Shown here: positions 61,218-64,000 of the stretch, piece by piece | Position numbering within the stretch: position 1 is the stretch's first letter | Layout: each line of letters opens with the position of its first letter | DNA from: Yuukianura sp. NJ FZ-2021 | Taxonomy: Eukaryota | Assembly: GCA_046563655.1 (NCBI GenBank) | Contig: CM102289.1 | Location: 2,914,001-2,978,000 of the forward strand | DNA: 64,000 nt | Direction: 5' to 3' | Translations under genes and position numbers: made by a program | The notes under the pieces: model-generated | Told to the model about the DNA's origin: nothing | What the model saw: the letters and a program-made list of their open reading frames with translations, nothing else | Database searches by the model: none

Positions 61218-62594
61218 GATTTGTAACTTATGGGGTGGAATTGTGTGTACTGCTTTCGTATAAAGCACGAGTGTGGTAGTGGTTGTAGCAAGTGCTGTAA
61301 ACGAGTTTTCAAGTCCAATTTTAATTGAAGTTGGGTATGTTTCGCCTTCTAGTAGGTGTGGCAATTGAATCCCGTGATGCTTATTTCAGCTAAAAACTAC
61401 ATTGCATGTGGAACGTGGAAGAAGAGTGATCATCTACAGTTTTTTTTGAAAATCATTATCACTCGTACTAGTAGTACTTTACTAACGTCCACAAAAAATT
61501 GACAGAAAGTCATGATGCCGCCTCGGTTCTTAATTCAGTCAGATGCTCCAACAACTGTAGAGAAGAAAAAAAAAACGCGTTCCAGCTAAAGACACAGAAC
61601 CATTTATTAAAAAAAAATTATCAGTTATTTGGCGAAAATTTCTTGGCTTTGTCCACTTTAGCTGCTCTTATAAATAAACTCGACTTATTGCCAAACCTGT
61701 TATAGCAAAAGTATTCCGTTGCTATAGTAACCTTGAGCTGCTCTTGTTTCTATTTTCAACAATATGAAAAAGTTAAACATTATTCCCACAAAAATCGGTT
61801 CATGCCGTGTTTTATATAAATTTCACCTTTTTTTTTTGACAATTCGCAAAACAACGTAGTCAGTGATGATTTGATGAAAAAAAAATGTAAGTTAACGTCT
61901 TCAATTCAAAGTTGGAAATTACTCTTCTAATACTTAAGTTCAAATTGGATAAGAAAAAGATGGGTATGGTATTTATCATAGTCATAAACATAAGGTGAGT
62001 GACCGCATCATGTAATAACGACTTCCATTTTCTTTAAACTCGAATAAGCAGCTTATCTTCCAGATTCGTTTCAAAACATCATTTCCATTTGTGCTAGTTA
62101 ATACGGATAAACATAAGCCGCCGGTGTCTACTGCGCGTTCAGAGCTGAAGTTGACTTGACGCTTGTAATTACTGTTCCATGAATTATAAATTCAGACAAT
62201 TGAAGTAGCGACGGTTAAGCCAAACAGATTATTTTCACATAGGCAGCATTAGTCCATTGTTCTTGCAAACTCAAATCAAGTTTAACTGGCACGAGTGACT
62301 TTAACTAGACGCTTCATTTCCCGCCCTATTGTCAATTCGCAAAAGTCATCTTGACTTTTGAAGGACGCCCGGTTTAGGCCCTAAAGGCAACCTTCTATCA
62401 AGTTAACAAGTCAACATCAAAAGTTTCCCTCTTTAGATAGTTAGTCTTAACGAGAGTAAGGTAGTGGCAATTATGTGAAACATAGTTAAGAGTTAAATGA
62501 GGTAATAGATTCTCAAGGGGGAAATGCTTATGCTTTCCTAGGAATTGCTGACTCAAAATATACCATGACATTGGATGTGTTGATTTTGAACGAC

Positions 62595-62704
62595 ATCTTC
62601 AGACTGTAACTTTTGAGACTGTAAATCTTCAGAGTGTAACTTTGGAAACTGTAAATCTTCAGACTGTAACTTCTGAGACTGTAAATTTTCAGAGTGTAAC
62701 TTTT
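62595..62704 (+). repeat. 30-bp tandem repeat (~3.7 copies) immediately upstream of the SLC22 ATG
   Basis: Unit ATCTTCAGACTGTAACTTTTGAGACTGTAA. Confidence 0.85.
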
Positions 62705-62712
62705 AGCCAAAA

Positions 62713-64000
62713 ATGTCTTCTAGTGAAACTTTGAAGCCAATAAAGTTGGACGATATTTTGGAAATTTTGGGCAAATTTGGAAAGTATCAGAAACGGGTCT
62801 TCGTTCTCCTTTGTCTTCCAGCAATATGTTGTGCAATGCATGGCCTTGGATGGGTTCTACTGGCGCCGAAAGTGGCTACACGGTCAGTATTTTTAAATTT
62901 CTTCTAAACAAAAATTCAAAAAAAAATCTTTCAAAATTTTCAAATCTTATACGTTTTAGTATCACTAAGCAAATTTCTTAGCATTATATGCTAAATCCGC
63001 TAAATATCTTTCTGATCCACAGATGCCAACTGAATGTAGAATCAGAAAATTCAGAATTTTCAAATTTCCCGCCAGGAATTGCTATGAACAGTAGTATTCC
63101 CCTCGAGATTTCAAATGGCGAGTTTTCGCAATGCGAACGTTATGACATCGATTACATGGAGAGTACAGACGAATTTGGAAATACAACGTTTGTTACCAAG
63201 GTTGACTCCGCTAGAAACGCGTCAAGCAAGGTTTCGTGTAGCGGGAAATATTTGTACGACAAATCAACTTATAGCAGCAGCGCTCGAATTGATGTGAGGA
63301 TAATTTCAATTTTCAACCGAATTTCAAATATTGTCTTGAGAAACATACTCCTGTTTATTTTCTGAAAGTTTATGCTTAAATTGTCTTTTTTTTTTTTTCA
63401 AAATTTGATTTTGAAATTTTAGTTTGAATTAGTGTGTGACCGGAAGTACTTATATACTCTGGAGGAGACAGCATACAAGGGTGGAGTGCTTGTTGGTTCA
63501 TTGCTTTTTGGTGACCTGTCAGATCGATTCGGTCGGCGTCCAATTCTCCTTTCATGCATTTCACTACAATTGTTTGGTGGAATTGTAGCTTCACTGGCTC
63601 CAAACTACGACATTTTTGTTTTTAGTCGAGCTGCTGCGGGTGCTGCAAGTATGGGTGTATTTCTGGTAGCATTTGTCATGGGTAAGAATTTAAAAAAGAA
63701 AAAGAAAAAAAAAACAACTGAAAACATTATATACTGATTTCCACTCACAATTTCTAAAATACGGATGAGAAAATTTTTTATTATTTTTGAATTTCTTTAG
63801 CTGTCGAAATGGTTGGACCGTCAAAACGAAAATTTGTGGGCGTTATGCTTGGCTTTTTCTGGACTTTGGGTTATTTGGCCGCAGGCGTTCTGTCATACTT
63901 TATAAGAGACTGGAGAATGCTTTATCTATCATTTTCACTACCATCGGCTGCTTTCATATTCTATTACTGGATTCTACCAGAATCAGTTCGATGGTTGCTA
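62713..64000 (+). CDS. SLC22 organic cation transporter (Orct-like), 5' part, runs off window
   Basis: DDILEILGKFGKYQ, Cys-containing extracellular loop, FELVCDR, LFGDLSDRFGRRP, EMVGPSKR, WILPESVRWL. Confidence 0.93.

Overview
AT-rich, gene-dense eukaryotic (arthropod) genomic window with short GT-AG introns. The gene content suggests a springtail (Collembola), but that is inference: divergent GR- and IR-like chemoreceptors, OBP-like genes, HGD-type receptor tyrosine kinases and many microbial-type enzymes. From left to right: astacin protease 3' end, MYND-finger gene, a class A FMRFamide-receptor-like GPCR with a ~470-aa LRR-like ectodomain, GR-like gene, and two tandem Ig-domain non-RD receptor tyrosine kinases (one apparently starting at CTG). 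These are followed by a small Cys-rich prepropeptide, a MITE-disrupted ionotropic-receptor-like gene, M28 aminopeptidase, arylamine N-acetyltransferase, fungal-type ammonium transporter, second GR-like gene, cyclase/kynurenine formamidase and GH35 beta-galactosidase. Next come three OBP-like paralogs interrupted by a tandem duplication carrying two LIM-less Islet homeobox fragments, a membrane-anchored GGCT-like gene, an intronless SAM methyltransferase, an Old Yellow Enzyme and the 5' part of an SLC22 transporter. Several MITE/HINE-like elements and minisatellites are present. No rRNA, tRNA or CRISPR features were seen. Exon boundaries were assembled by eye and family calls come from motif recognition, not database searches.
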